The notes beneath the pieces were generated by a model. The model did no database searches and was not told where the DNA came from. It saw only the letters and a list, made by a program, of their open reading frames with translations. A program made the position numbers and the translations under genes. 64,000 nt of DNA. Source: Octopus bimaculoides (Eukaryota). This document shows positions 24,466 through 35,895 of this stretch, in pieces. The stretch is taken from NCBI RefSeq assembly GCF_001194135.2, contig NC_068983.1, positions 158,176,413 through 158,240,412 of the forward strand, given 5' to 3'. Numbering within the stretch: the stretch's first letter is position 1; each line of letters opens with the position of its first letter.

Positions 24466-24919
24466 GTAAGAAAAGAAAAAAAGAAACGGATCAAAGCACT
24501 AAACAGCACAGACTCCTCGCGACCCCAGCAACGCTAAATCCACAACAATCACACCATCGCTACAACCACCACCACTAACAACAACAAAACATACACGCAA
24601 CCACACACATACACACACACACACACTCATACACACTTACACACACACGCGCACGAACACAAGCACACACACTCACACATACACACACGCATGCACACAC
24701 ACATACACACAAACTTATACACACACGCAAAAGGAGAAAACAGCACACAAACCCAACCACAATCACAACAGCAGCAACACCATCTAAATATACAACTCCA
24801 CTCATATCAACAACAAAATGCACCCATTTCCAACTTTCTGCTAGTAAGAAGAAAAATATATATATATATATATAGTACAAGCTAAAGACATAAAAACAGA
24901 AGGAGAGGTTTTCAATCAA

Positions 24920-26340
24920 CGCACAGTGTAAGTCTCGGAGGACCTAAAATTGGGAAGGCTTCCAATAGAACAATATAGGAATATAAGAAGGAGTCTTCCA
25001 CGTGACGTTAGCAAACTCAGTGTCACGGTCTAAAACAGGAAACACTGCAAGCTTTTCCCAAGGATCCCCACTCAGAGAAAGGATTTTGATACACTCGATT
25101 GCCTACAGAAAAACCTTTATGGTAGGTGACCCCTACTTTTTCTTCTTCCCTTCTTTCCTATCAACATGGCAGCTTTAAAGGTGGGTTGCATAAATGTATG
25201 TAACCTAGGGTTACCCTTGAAACAGGGATGCCTACTCAAAGTGCTCAGTTCACTAGCTATGAATTTTCCGAATGCGCCGTTATGGACATGGTCAAAGAGA
25301 TTGTATCTAAACAAAGTCTGCAACAGTTGGATTGCTTGCAATGCTTAGACACCAGCTCTATTAAATTGCTCTATTAAATTGCTCTGTTAAATTGCGCGGG
25401 ATCTGGTTTGGTGACGAGAAGGGTGGACAATTTCAATCAGAAATTGGCAAGAAAAACTAACCTTGAAAAGTAGGATGGAGTTGACGAACGCCTACATTGC
25501 ATCCATCATCTACTATCGCCAGACTACTGTGCCTGATGCTCGTGCCTACCCACATTGGAGCGCTTGTTCTTCCACTTTCTCTTGTGATCCGCTAGGTATG
25601 CTGTCGCTAAGGATGCTCAGAAGAGGTCTCCGATGTTTCCATGACAGTGAGCAGGTGCGGTCGCCGTTTCTCAGGTTCCCTTTTCCACAGTTCATTTCTT
25701 TAACAAAGTTACTGTCCTGGATCAAATTTAGGTCGAGGCCGGGTGCCTAGCACTAACGATGTCGTCAGCGGCTAACAGATTTCTTCTAAGTCGGGCAATT
25801 TAGTCGGTGGATGTTCCACCATGGCGTTCTATAGATTAGTAGCGAGCAAGAGCGACGACATTACCAAAGAAATTCTGGTCACCGGCGAGAATCTATTGGT
25901 TGATCTGCAGCGCCAGTGGATAATATCCAGAAATCCCTAGTCTGACAGTGCTACTGGGAGGATGGTTGTCTGCTTGAGATAAAATCTACAAAGAAGGTAG
26001 AGCTATCATTCAGGCTAGCTTCAGATATGTGCAGAGCAACGAAACCGTCGTACACGCTCTCGTACAATGCCTGAGTTATGTTAAAAAGTTGCTGTCGCAT
26101 GTGGGACAGATCCGGATATCGACTATCTCTATTGCGAAGATCGCCTCGTCGCCTTCCTTTGGCTATGAACGACAATTTATCTCAGCTTCGTGGCTATTGG
26201 GAAAAAAAGGTTGGTCTGGTGGAAGAGACTGAAAGAAGAGTAGACAAACACTTTCCTCATTGGTCGAGCCCTCATTGACTCTTTAAGTTTCATTTGAGAA
26301 AAGGTGAGCGTTGGAAGGGAGGTGCTGCCTCATCAGTAAA
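24920..26340 (+). pseudogene. Decayed, internally deleted Tx1/L1-type LINE
   Basis: ORF2 start MAALKVGCINVCNLGLPLKQGCLL resembles the AP-endonuclease N-terminus (LK.G..NV.GL). About 300 bp later comes LKSRMELTNAYIASIIYYRQTTVP...LGMLSLRMLRRGLRCFHDSEQVRSPFLRFPFPQFISLTKLLSWIK (post-RT). The RT core is absent. Confidence 0.65.
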
Positions 26341-26349
26341 TTTGTTGAA

Positions 26350-26545
26350 AGGTGAGTGAATGGGGTGCGTCAGACAAAATGCTTAGTAGCATTTCTTCCG
26401 TCTTCCCGTTCAGAGTTCAAATTCCGCCGAGGTCGACTTTGCCTTTCATTCTTTCGGGCTCGATGAAATATGTACCAGTCAAGTACTGGGGTCGATGCAA
26501 TCGACCAGCCCCGTTCCCCTAAAATTTCAGACCGTGTGCCTATAA
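26350..26545 (+). mobile_element. SINE-A with long (ATT)n tail (to about 26690)
   Basis: Family consensus match. Confidence 0.85.
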
Positions 26546-26549
26546 TAGA

Positions 26550-26611
<62 letters not shown>

Positions 26612-26684
26612 CATTGCTTTTGCTGCAGCTGTTGTTGTCATTGTCGTTGTTGTCGTGTCTGTTATTATTATTGTTATTATTATT

Positions 26685-26995
26685 TCATGTTTGACTTTTG
26701 TTTTGCATTTGTACAAGTTGGATCCAAGTCTCACCCAGAGACCTCAAGAGACAACAAGTTAGAAGTTCATGTAGGTGTTATGCCTAGGGTACCATATATT
26801 TGGATTTGTACATAGTGTTGTTCTAGAGTATGTTTAAGAAACCATAAGAAAATTATGTGTTTGTTTTAAAATTTGAGATCACATAGACAGTATTTTACGT
26901 AGGATATGGGCAGTTCCCATGAGCACTATCTTTTGAACTTCAGCCATTTTGGGGTTTCCTGGTATCTGAGCTAGGTAGTAATCAGCCCGTTTCGC

Positions 26996-26997
<2 letters not shown>
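26685..26997 (-). mobile_element. R4/Dong element 3' end (ORF end plus 3' UTR), TAA repeats on both sides
   Basis: KAKRADYYLAQIPGNPKMAEVQKIVLMGTAHILRKILSM*, then a UTR ending in (AAT)n. Confidence 0.85.
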
Positions 26998-27063
<66 letters not shown>

Positions 27064-27147
27064 NNNNNNNNNNNNNNNNNNNNNNNNNNNNNNNNNNNNN
27101 NNNNNNNNNNNNNNNNNNNNNNNNNNNNNNNNNNNNNNNNNNNNNNG

Positions 27148-29248
27148 TCATATGATAAAGAAAACGGGGAAGAAAGACAGAGAGAAAAAGGGAAAAATAT
27201 AGAAGAGTAAACAAAGAAAATAACGTGGGAAAAAGGTAAGAAAATTCAGTGACAATACTCTTCTCAGTACGTATGACGTACCAGTTAAGACAATCTTTTG
27301 CACTTCCTCCAAGGATGGTAAGCCAGGGATCATTTTAAAATAATTTTCAGCTCCTTTTTTGATCATTCGAAGTGTTCCTACAATAACTGGTATTGTAGCC
27401 CTCTTGAGATGCCACATCTTTTCGATTTCGGTTACCAAATCTTTATATCTTCTGAGCTTATCAAATTCTTTTGCCGCGATATTATGGTCACAGAGTATGC
27501 TCATGTCAATCAATAAACAGACTTTATTATTTTGGCCTTCCACAATAATATCTGGTTTATTTGCTTTGGTGGTCCATTCTGTACATACGGGAAAGTCCCA
27601 AAGAATCGTTACATTTTCTCCCTCAGTTACAGCAGTTTTGATTTTATAATGCCGACACATTGTCCAATGTAGATATTGGCCAACTCTATCATGTCTTGAT
27701 TTGTATTATACAGGTGCTAATACCTTACACTCAGAGATTAGGTTGTCCACTGTTTCAATCCCATCGTTGTAGTATCGGCACTTTGGGTCTACTCCATTTT
27801 TCATCACATTGGCTTGATAGTTCGGGGTCAATAAGCTCTGATCGTGAGCAGCCAAGATAAAGCCTTCACTGTTGGGTGTGCTTCTGGTCTACATTAGCTT
27901 GTTTGCTACAGGCCACATATTTGCCATGCAGAGGTTTTTGTTTCCACCTTTCACTCAAATATTCAGACGCATTTTGCTTTGCTGTTGATTTCGCCTTCTT
28001 TGCAGCTACAGTTGTCGCATTTCCATCATGCTGTTCAGCTTGGGTATTATGCATAAACACACTAGCAAACTTTTTGCTCTCCTTCATAACAAAATGAATC
28101 TTCTTACGTCTCTCGTGGTTTTCAACAAGCTTTAGCATCCAGTCGTTAGATGTTCGAAGATAGTTTGCCAGTCCAATTGTGGTGGTTTTGCTAAAGATTT
28201 CAAACTGGATCAAGCCTCGACCTCCTTGAGCTTTGGGTAGATAAATACGATCTGCATCTGCCTTTGGGTGGTGCATCTTACTGCAAGTCAGCAGCTAACG
28301 GATTTTCCTGTCAATTTTCCTTATTTCGCTCGTATTCCAGTTCAACACATTGAAACTGAAAATAACAACGAGAATTGCCAAGGAATTTATAACTTACTCC
28401 TTGTTACGTGCATTTGACTCGGATTTTAGGACTGCTCGAACTCTCCTGCAAATATTCCTTCCTGATCTTCTCTGTCATGCTTGCATGCTAAATGCCAGAG
28501 CCTTCATTTTTTCCGAAGTATTTGTAAGTTTGTTCCTGCTCGAGTTCTTTTATAATTGTATCAATATCTAACACCACTGAATGTGAGGTCTTCAATTTCT
28601 CTTTCTGGAAAGTGGCGTTGGCACATTTAGCAAGACCAAATTCCATCTCGATGTCATCATTGAATGCTTTCACAGTATGTAATATTCCTCCAAGCTCATT
28701 ATCGTCTTTGCCATAGAGTTCTTCTCACTTGTAAGAGGTATTAGGGCTATTCAAATAATTAAGGGTGAAAGTGAGTCACCTTGGAAAATATCGCAATTGA
28801 TAATAATATTTTTTGTGGTCAGGACTCCATTAGAGTGTTATAATTGGAGATTCGTATTCCACAGTAACATGTTGTGCTTCAGGAAGTTTGAAACCACAAG
28901 AGAAACTTTGAAGATATCCAGCAATTTCAAGATCCATGAATGCAGTATGCATTTAAAGGCTTTTTTATAATCAATCCATGCGGAACTGGGATTTCTGCTT
29001 TTGTTATGACGGGAACATGCGATTGATTAAGAGTTGGTATTTGCATCCATATGAGCCTCGTCGGTGCCCTTTTTATTCAGTGGCGAAAATATCGTTCTCT
29101 TCCATAAATTTGTATGTTTTCTGCGAGGATGGATGTTAAAATTTATACGAGAGAGATATACATGTTATGGGCCGATAGTTTTGGGGAAATTTGGTTTCAT
29201 TATTCTCCAGGAGTAGGTAAGTAATATCTCTTGCTAACCAGTCAGGTG
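27148..29248 (-). pseudogene. 5'-truncated R4/Dong-type retrotransposon (RT, CCHC region, RLE), disrupted
   Basis: PDWLARDITYL...QNYRPITC; DIFQGDSLSPL; KAFNDDIEMEFGLAKC; HHPKADADRIYLPKAQGGRGL; WKQKPLHGKY; ILWDFP...NKPDIIV...LLIDMSI...KEFDKLRRYKDL (PD..D..K RLE motif). Stops and frameshifts throughout. Confidence 0.92.
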
Positions 29249-29267
29249 TTATCATTATTATTATTAT

Positions 29268-29700
29268 TGAGTGAGAGAGCAGTTCATGCCATCAAAGTGA
29301 CACGGGTAACATATACGAAGCCCAGTGTACCCATCATGACTACTCGTCTGATAAGGATACAGCAGGATGTATCATAACCATATGTGCGCGACATGGAGAT
29401 TTCATATCAAGATAAACACCGCATGACCTTGCAGGCGGGGTCCATTTAGAATTTTCTTCAGGTCGAGTAGCCTATCCTTCTTAAAAGGATCCATCCCGCT
29501 CGAAAGGTCCCTGAATAAGAGTTGTTTAAGGATATTGAACGAAACACCCATGTTTCCAGCGGTGAATTATCCAAATCCCAAAGAATTTCGCTCAGCACAT
29601 GGCTATGATGCTCCCCCACTACTTCTGCTCATGATCAGAGATGCACATATCGTCAGTCACCAAGGGACATGCTCAACTGGTTAAGATCAAACAACTTACA
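29268..29700. mobile_element. Second, truncated copy of the ~560-bp (ATT)n-embedded element
   Basis: Colinear with 9893-10320 and starts at attattattgagtgagagagc. Confidence 0.8.
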
Positions 29701-29704
29701 AGTA

Positions 29705-29797
29705 ATTCTTGTTGTTGTTGTTGTTGTTGTTGTTCTTGTTCTTGTTCTTGTTCTTCTTCTTCTTCTTCTTCTTCTTCTTCTTCTTCTTCTTCTTCTT

Positions 29798-29828
<31 letters not shown>

Positions 29829-29848
29829 TTCTTCTTCTTATTATTATA
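29705..29848. repeat. Compound (GTT)n-(CTT)n-(TTA)n array
   Basis: Directly visible; forms the tail of the adjacent Dong fragment. Confidence 0.95.
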
Positions 29849-29849
29849 T

Positions 29850-30310
29850 ACGTCGCACCGTATTCAATATCGTGAGGTTGTTGATTGAAGATATTGTGTC
29901 TACCGGGGGTTTGTACTGTTTGTCAAGTCATAACAAGAACCTCAGACAGATATTACTTTACGCAATATGCGTGTAGTTCCAAGTAATGCCGACTTTTGCG
30001 ATACATCTAGATTGTAGGGTATTTCTAAGGTTTTCAGATTTTTTTTCAGATTGGGTAATATTGAACCGAATGTTACGATGACAATAGGGATAAACTTAAT
30101 GTTCGACTCTCGTAGCTACTACATCTTAGCGATCTCAATTCTCAGGTCTCTATATTTATCAACTTTTTCTCTTTCTTTCATGACGATGTGTTGATTTCCT
30201 GGCATTGCTACGTCGGTTATTAGGCACTCTTGTTTGTCCCTCCTAACGGTTACTATATCCCGCCTTCGGTGCTCTAACACTTTGTCTGTTGGGAAATCAA
30301 GGTCCCAGAT
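29850..30310 (-). mobile_element. R4/Dong RLE-domain fragment with 3' UTR
   Basis: IWDLDFPTDKVLEHRRRDIVTVRRDKQECLITDVAMPGNQHIVMKEREKVDKYRDLRIEIAKM...QKSALLGTTRILR. Confidence 0.85.
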
Positions 30311-30357
30311 AATAATTATTATTATTATCATCATCATTATTATTATTATTATTATTA

Positions 30358-30398
<41 letters not shown>

Positions 30399-30404
30399 GT
30401 TGTT

Positions 30405-30805
30405 AAAGGCGGCGCGCTGGCAGAATCGTTAGCACGCCGGACAAAATGCTTAGCAGCATTTCGTCTGTCTTTACGTTCCAAGTTAAAATTCTGCCGAGGT
30501 CGACTTTACCTTTCATCCTTTCGAGGTCAACAAATTAAGTACCAGTTGTGTACTGGGGTCGATCTAATCTACTGGCCCCGCCCCACAAAATTTCAGGCTT
30601 TGTACCTATAGTAGAAAGGATTATTATTATTATTACTACTCTATTTCAACTGTCGCTACGTTCTGAGTTAAAATTCCGCCGAGGTAGACTTTGCCTTTCA
30701 TTCCTTAGAGGACGATAAATTAAGTACCAGTTACACACTAAGGTCGATGTAATCGACTAATTCCCTCCTCCAAAAATTTCAGGCCTTGTGCCTTTAATAG
30801 AAGGT
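30405..30805 (+). mobile_element. Two tandem SINE-A copies
   Basis: Full copy at 30405-30635 with an ATT tail; partial copy at 30645-30805. Confidence 0.85.
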
Positions 30806-32612
30806 CATACAGGCATACGACTAGCATTGATAACTTCCTCAAAATGTTAACTTGACAGTGCTACGAAGGAGTACTACCTGTTCGAAATAAACACTACAGG
30901 CTCACAAATGCAGTGAACCAAAACTGCCCGAGGTATATGCAGACTAACGAAACTATTTTACAGACACTCGTTCAGTGATCAAATATCGTTGATGTCTAGT
31001 GTGATGGCGAATTACTTTTGTCGCGTGTAGGGCGGAAAGGGTAACACCAGGGTCTTTCCTGAAAATCGCCCTACTGTTCTCCTTGAATAGAACAGGGTGG
31101 GCAATTTTACCGGTGGACAAGCTGAAAAGACTAAAAATGGGCACTTCCTTCTTCGGTCCAGCTGTCTTTGACCTTTTCAAGTTAAACTTATGGAAGGAGT
31201 AAAGGTGGCGAGAGAATTACTTTCTTCCAGTAAATTTATCATACGGTGGGTGACTGTAACGAAAACAGTTAAAACAACTCAAAGCATGCACTGTGGGTCA
31301 GACTACAAGAGATAGAATAAGGCACTTGCTTAGGTGTTCAGAGTGATGTTGGATTTGTGTAATTCCGTTATTGACCCCTGTTGGAGATCCTCCTGTATAA
31401 GAAGGACCATGTTATCCACGTACTCATGCATTTATATACTGGGTATATATCCCCCTTATTGTCTCTTTTTCTCCATCTTCCTCATCCCATTTTTGTAATT
31501 TGTCTATCTCATGTTCACCTCATTCGACACTCCTACAACAAATAAAAAAAATCATCATCGTCATTATCATCGTCGTCGTCATCACTGTGGTTGGTTTTTT
31601 CCTTGTTTGCTATGACAAGATTTCTTTTTACGAACCTCGAAGGTTTAGGATTATTACGACATAATTCATGAATGGAAGTTGTTCCTTTTCCGATTATTTT
31701 ACAAGGGAACCCAATTTGGAAAGCTCAGAGGCACACTCCTCTTACTTAGGGAATGCTTTGAGGTTTGTTTTTTAAACATATTTATTTTGCTCACAAGCCC
31801 ATAGCAAACAGGACAAGGTATATACAACAACAAAAACAGCAAGGAACAAGACCGATCCCCAATGTACCAATGAAGGGAACACATGTTATAATCATATAAA
31901 AAGAAAATGAACATTAATAAATGTACAAACACGTACACTCCAATAAAACGGAAAAAATATTATCATTATTATTATTATTATTATTCCATGTACATGTTAA
32001 CATCAACAGCGAAGATGTATTAGGAGTAACAATAACAACACCAAGGACGAGATCCAAGCGCACACACCTGCGCTCCGAGCGAAAACGTTAAGAAAATTAC
32101 ATTTGAGAAAGACAGTTTTCTCTGTGTTGTCTGCGGAACATAACAACATGGCTGAGCTCAAGCAAAACATAGTAAACTTGCAGAACTATATGAAGTAAAA
32201 ATGTATCTCTTTGGCTCTGTAGTAATCAGGTAAATAATAAAGAGAAGAGTCATGTATTCGTGTTGACTGGAAAACAGTGAGAGCTTTTAAATGTTCTCAA
32301 GATAACATGTAGAGAAAAGCGTTTGCTATCCAACTTGCAGATTGTGTAGAGTTTGTTTTGTGTTATATTACTCATATCGATCTGCTTCTTGTCATGTGCC
32401 GTTTCGAGTACATGTTGATATTATTTCTTAACCTTTTTTCACTCATAATAACGACATATTTCCCAGTGAACGTAGGTTGCCGATTCCATTGTATCTGTGA
32501 CTAATTGGACTTGGAAACGCTGGGGTAACTGGTAATAACACGGTTCAACCATCTCTGCGCTTGGTGTGAGCATCTATTTCGTTTTTGTTTTTGCTATTAT
32601 TTGTAGTTTGAT

Positions 32613-32828
32613 TTAAGGTGGCGAGGTGGCAGAATCATTAGCACGTTGGACGAAGTGCTTAGTGGTATTTCGCCCGTTGCTACGTTCTGAGTTCAAATTC
32701 CGCTGAGGTCGACTTTGTCTTTGTTCCTTCAGAGTCGATAAAATAAGTACCATTTGAACACTGGGGGTCGATCTAATTGATTCATTCCCTCCTCCAAAAT
32801 TGTTGCCTTTGTGGTTAAATTTAAAACC
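32613..32828 (+). mobile_element. SINE-A with a 17-bp TSD
   Basis: attatttgtagtttgat at 32596-32612 and 32829-32845. Confidence 0.9.
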
Positions 32829-32999
32829 ATTATTTGTAGTTTGATACTGGTTCCGTGCATCTATAATAATCAAGCATATTCCTGTCTTTAACCTAGATCT
32901 GTTGAGCTATTGCTGGTTTTTATTCTTACCCTGCCTGTCTGTCTGTCTGTCTCTATCTATCTATCTATCTCTGAAGGTGTGTGGTGATTTTGGTGCTGG

Positions 33000-34130
33000 G
33001 GGTCACGATCTTTAGGCTCTGTGTTCGGAACTTGGATCAGACGGTGCGTTGCGTCATATTCGAAGAGGCACGTTCTTTCAGGTTGCCTCAAGCCAGTCAA
33101 CTGAAAATGAATACTAGCAAGTGCTGGGAAGGCGGTGAACCCTTGCGACGGCATGATGTTCCGTTTAGAGAAAACTTTACACTCTCAACCGCACAAATAT
33201 TATTGAAACCGGAATTAGATACTGCTTAATGGTTCTGTAAGCTCGAGGCAAACTTAACTTTATCTCCTGTCTATTGAGTCTTACGGAATATTGACCATGA
33301 AGTGTTCTTCTCTCCATTTTTTTTCTTCACTATATTTGGGAATTTCGACTCGATTGTACCTTGTAATTTTTCTAGTTAATCTTTATATTGTGCGTTATTG
33401 TTTCCCTTTATAGAGAGAAAAGTCGATTTACTTTTTTCCCAGACAAACCAGTTTCTCTTCTCTATGTTTTCAAGTTCCATTGTTCTTACTTTGTGGTAAT
33501 TTTATATTTGTAAAAGACCTTGTTCCCCTATTTGCAGTGTAGGTGTATTTTGTCCATAATTATTTCGCGTTACTGGCTTTGGAATGCAACTAGTTGTTTC
33601 CTGGTTTTCCTGCCTTCGCTCTGCAGTTCAGCTAACTTTCAGTTTATTGTATTCAAGCTATAGTTTATAAAGGTTTGTATATCAATTATCTTCTTTCAAG
33701 CATTGGGTTCAGTGCTTAATATCATTATGAGTTTTTTGTTATTATCTTTCATAATTTTCTTTCATTTCTTTCTGTGTTATATCTTATCAGTTTCTTCATT
33801 ATACTATAAATGGTTGTGGACTAATTCTCTGATTTCGGCCCGTGGTCTAATTCAAGGTGTTCGATTTTTATTTACTTAATCTCTTCTTATGGTATCTTGG
33901 GCACATTTGTATAATATCATAATCATTTATGATTTTAGTTAAATTTATTAACATATGTAGGTTTTCAAACTGGTTATTTTTTTCTTTGTGAATTTTCTAA
34001 AGTAATCCATATAAAAATGGTTTATACTTAGCTTGTAGTTAACATGAACAATTTTTGGTTATTTTCTTCAACGTATTAGTAAATGATGTCAGATCAAGGC
34101 AGAAGAGTAGAAGGGATAATGAATCTGTAA
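33000..34130 (-). mobile_element. Old, highly decayed R4-type retrotransposon fragment
   Basis: MERRTLHGQY (cf. W..KPLHGQY) and QPERTCLFEYDATHRLIQ (cf. QPE.V....ILWDY..QTDH.I) occur in the expected order; otherwise very degenerate. Confidence 0.4.
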
Positions 34131-34154
34131 AAAAAACCCCGTTTCTAATAAGTA

Positions 34155-35311
34155 TACCAGGTTGAGTCAAAAGATTTTTGGCAACTTGTATCTTCATGTT
34201 ATATCATTAATTTGATACAACTTGTCCAATGGTTGCTGAACTATTTATTCTTTATTTTCTTGTACAACATATAAACATTAACCGCTTATTCTTTATTTTA
34301 CAGCTTTGAAAAAAAACTGCAATTAGAGCCATTTTACACAACCTGTGGAAGAAAGGAATGAATAAGGGCAGCGGCAAAAGAAATTAATGTTGCAGAAGGC
34401 CCAGGAATTGTAAACGAACTTGTGTTACAAAACTGGTTCATTCGTCTCAAGGAAGGTAACACCAATCTCGAAGAAAAACCAAGGTCAAGGAAACCTTCTG
34501 TTGTGGAAGATGAGGCCTTGCTTGAAATGGTTGAACAACAGTCAAGCAGAAGCACTCGTACATTGTCGATAAAACTTTGTCCTTCACAGCACACCATCAA
34601 TTGACACATCTAGAAGCTCGGCTTTGTGAACAGACGCTGTCCAGAAGTTCTTCATGAACTTACCAATGATTAGGCGTGAACATTTGCCAACCGCTGTTGC
34701 CAAATCCTCGAGATGCCCGTTTTTGGCGTCGAATTGTAACTAGGGATGAAGAATGGGTCTATTTTCGTAATCCTAATAAGAGAAGTCAATGGCGGTTTGA
34801 ACAGAAGATCATGTTGGGTGTTCAGTTGAATTTTGAGAGGAGTGTTGCACCTTGAGCTTGTCCCAGATGGTCATGCTGTGAACACTAACCTTTATTCTCA
34901 ACAAATGTTGCGAGTGTATGATACTTTGAAAGCCCGATACCTGGTATTAGTCAATCGAAGACACGCACTCGAACAGCATGACAATGCCCTAACACACTGG
35001 CTGGAAGTGCTACATCACTCTGTCTACAGTCCAGACTTTTCTCCATCAGATTACCGTCTTTTCCTAGTCACGTCTTATTTCCTGCACGAACGGAGGTTCA
35101 GCAATGTGGATGAGGTTGAAAAAAAGGCTCAGGGTGATTTTACGTCGAAACCAGTCTAATGGTAAAAGCGTGGAATTGAGCTTCTGGCACAACGATGGCA
35201 ACAGATAATAGAATATGATAGGATTATTTTTTTAATGAATAAACGCTTTTCGTCCGTAATTTGAACTATTGAAGCTTGAAATAAGAAAAAAAACTTTTGA
35301 TTCGCCCTAAT
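34155..35311 (+). pseudogene. Decayed full-length mariner (Mos1/SETMAR-like) transposon
   Basis: LQNWFIRLKEGNTNLEEKPRSRKPS; RIVTRDEEWVYF; QHDNA; YSPDFSPSDYRLF; GIELLAQRWQQII. Degenerate TIRs: caggttgagtcaaaagatttt and aaaaacttttgattcgcccta. Confidence 0.9.
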
Positions 35312-35569
35312 GGAACAGTTATTCTTTAATTCTTTATTAGCCCGTGTAGTTACATGATCAGGGAAAGTATGAGTCTCTTTGGAATATTCCTATTCTTTTT
35401 CTTTTTTACTATTGTATACTATGTATACTCCCTTCTTTGTTCATTATATACTGTGTATAATTCCTTTACTTTTTAAAAAAATTTAATGATCTCATTATTA
35501 TATGTAAACCCCAACACTTTATGTTTGTCTTTATATGTCCCCCTCATCTTTCACCCTGGTGGTATGCAA

Positions 35570-35720
35570 GAGAAATCATCATCACCGTCGTCGTCGTCGT
35601 CGTCATCATCATCATCATTGCCGTTGTTATTGTTGTTGTTGTTATTGTTGTTGCTATTGCTTTTGTTATTATTTTTAGTATCTTTTCCTCCTCCTCCTCC
35701 TCTCCTCTACTTCTCTTCCT
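35570..35720. repeat. Compound trinucleotide tract (CGT/CAT/GTT/CCT)
   Basis: Directly visible. Confidence 0.85.
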
Positions 35721-35769
35721 CCTTGACACCATTATTTAAACTTTCTGCACTCTGAGATCAAATCTTGAC

Positions 35770-35895
35770 ATAGTCAATTTTGCCTTCCATCCCTTTAGGG
35801 TCGATATGTATAAAGTATAAGTTTAGTACTGCGGTCGATATAATCGACTAAACCCTTCCACTTAAAATTACAAGCCTTGTGCCTATGTTGGAAAA
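35770..35895 (+). mobile_element. SINE-A core/tail fragment, diverged
   Basis: ttttgccttccatccctttagggtcgat...gcggtcgatataatcgact...gccttgtgcctat. Confidence 0.7.

Noticed and set aside
32957-33154. Exon-like segment with a ttttcag acceptor (LTGLRQPERTCLFEYD...)
   Set aside because: It is better explained as part of a decayed R4-type element.
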